Shown in pieces: positions 62,761 through 64,000 of a DNA stretch of 64,000 bases (within the stretch, counting starts at the first letter, position 1; every line of letters starts with the position of its first letter). The stretch lies in assembly GCF_009914755.1 (NCBI RefSeq), contig NC_060930.1, one strand, 5' to 3'. The translations under genes were made by a program, and so were the position numbers. Source of the DNA: the human T2T-CHM13v2.0 reference genome, Homo sapiens. The notes beneath the pieces were generated by a model, which searched no databases, was not told where the DNA came from, and was given only the letters and a program-made list of their open reading frames with translations.

Positions 62761-64000
62761 CTCTTGCAAGGACATCAAGGCCATTTCTTGTTAATCAAAG
62801 TGAGCCAGCTGGCATCACGGGTTGGAAATCCCTTAGCAACTGGTTAGCACTCAGTACAAACTCGCTTAAAATTGGTATATTGGCAGTTAGGAAGTTACCA
62901 CTAATTCTGTCACACTTAACCATTTCATAATGGTGATCTATTTAGAGCAGTGATTGGAAAACAAGAACTTTAAATTTGGTAAAGAAGCTTTATGTTGCTT
63001 TATTTGTTTCAGAAAAGGACAATACCTGAGTCATGTTCTAAGAAAAACATGAGCATTTTTGAAAGTACCCTATGTGGACTGAATAGTGAAAAAGGAAAGG
63101 CACGTGGAAAAGGACATTATTATTTTAAAATGCTTTGAAATCACATTCAAAGTCGTCAGCTAAGTTTCGTGGTGTTCTGGCCACTGAGGGACTGCCAGGC
63201 TCTGTCTTCCTTTTTTGCCCATAGAGACCCCAGCCCTGCAGTACTGGTAGTGAGGCTCATGGTAGCTCCCACTCACTGGACTCATTCTGTCATTTTCAAA
63301 AGATGTTCAGTTCTTAAAATAAACTGACAATAAATAACAGATCAAGTATCTTATGATCTAAAATAATTCAATGGAAATTTGGAATGAACATAAAACTATA
63401 TAGATCCCCATCTTCCCTGGCTGATTCTCTCAGATTATAAACATATTAAACTTATCCCCAGCCTAAAGTAGCCTGCTTGGGAGTTGGCAGTCTCTCAAGC
63501 TGCCCTTGCCCCCTCTGCTCTCCTCCACAGCCAAGAGTACATAAGAAGTAGTCCTCCCTGACTCTATCCATTTCCTCCACTCCCATTCACTGCTCAACCT
63601 CCTGCAGTTCCCGCTACTCCCTTAAAATTGCTCTCTACCCAGCTAGAGGAGAGCTGGCAGCTCAGAACTTACCATAGGCTTAAAGGAGAAAAACTTGATC
63701 CAGCCCCAGGAGAGCTCTACACTATCCTGGGCTGATATCAAAGGAACGCAACTTTCCAACCCCATCAGTGTTCACCCACTACCAACCCCTGCTCTCCAAG
63801 GCAGGAAGCAGGTGAGCTGAGACAAGGGATGAGATGGAAGCAGTCATCATAAAGGAAAAAAAAAAAAAGTGACAACTCTGGAAGTCACAAAGTTACCAGT
63901 CTCAAGAGGAAATATTGATTATCTTTTATAAAAATTAGCGTTCATTCTCCAAGAACCCATTTGTATTTGGAACAATCTGAATCTCAATTATCTGAGTTCC

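Overview
This is AT-rich, CpG-poor primate genomic DNA, almost certainly human or ape given the AluY and the young L1PA2/3. It is dominated by interspersed repeats. I can support no protein-coding host exon, RNA gene, CpG-island promoter or prokaryotic-type system. The ORF track is explained by decayed L1 ORF1/ORF2, ERVL pol, Alu/LTR read-through and chance ORFs. Main content, left to right: (1) the 5' end of a young minus-strand L1PA2/3 (ORF1, 5'UTR, antisense ORF0) nested in an ancient L1M; (2) a near full-length L1PA13/14-type element at 10.9-16.7 kb; (3) a twin-primed, 5'-inverted L1PA inside an MLT2 LTR; (4) a nested L1M/MSTB/ERVL/Alu/MER31/MLT1 block at 29-35 kb with an ERVL integrase remnant; (5) a dense cluster of solo LTRs with intact TSDs at 39.6-48.5 kb; (6) nine Alus plus MIR, L2 and hAT elements. 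Unique stretches hold a few candidate non-coding exons and enhancer-like patches, which are inferences only. I did not find a convincing novel biological system; the best leads are mechanistic TE footprints and a possible L1 antisense-promoter-driven transcript. Subfamily names come from recalled consensus sequences and need RepeatMasker/Dfam confirmation. Boundaries of old repeats are approximate.
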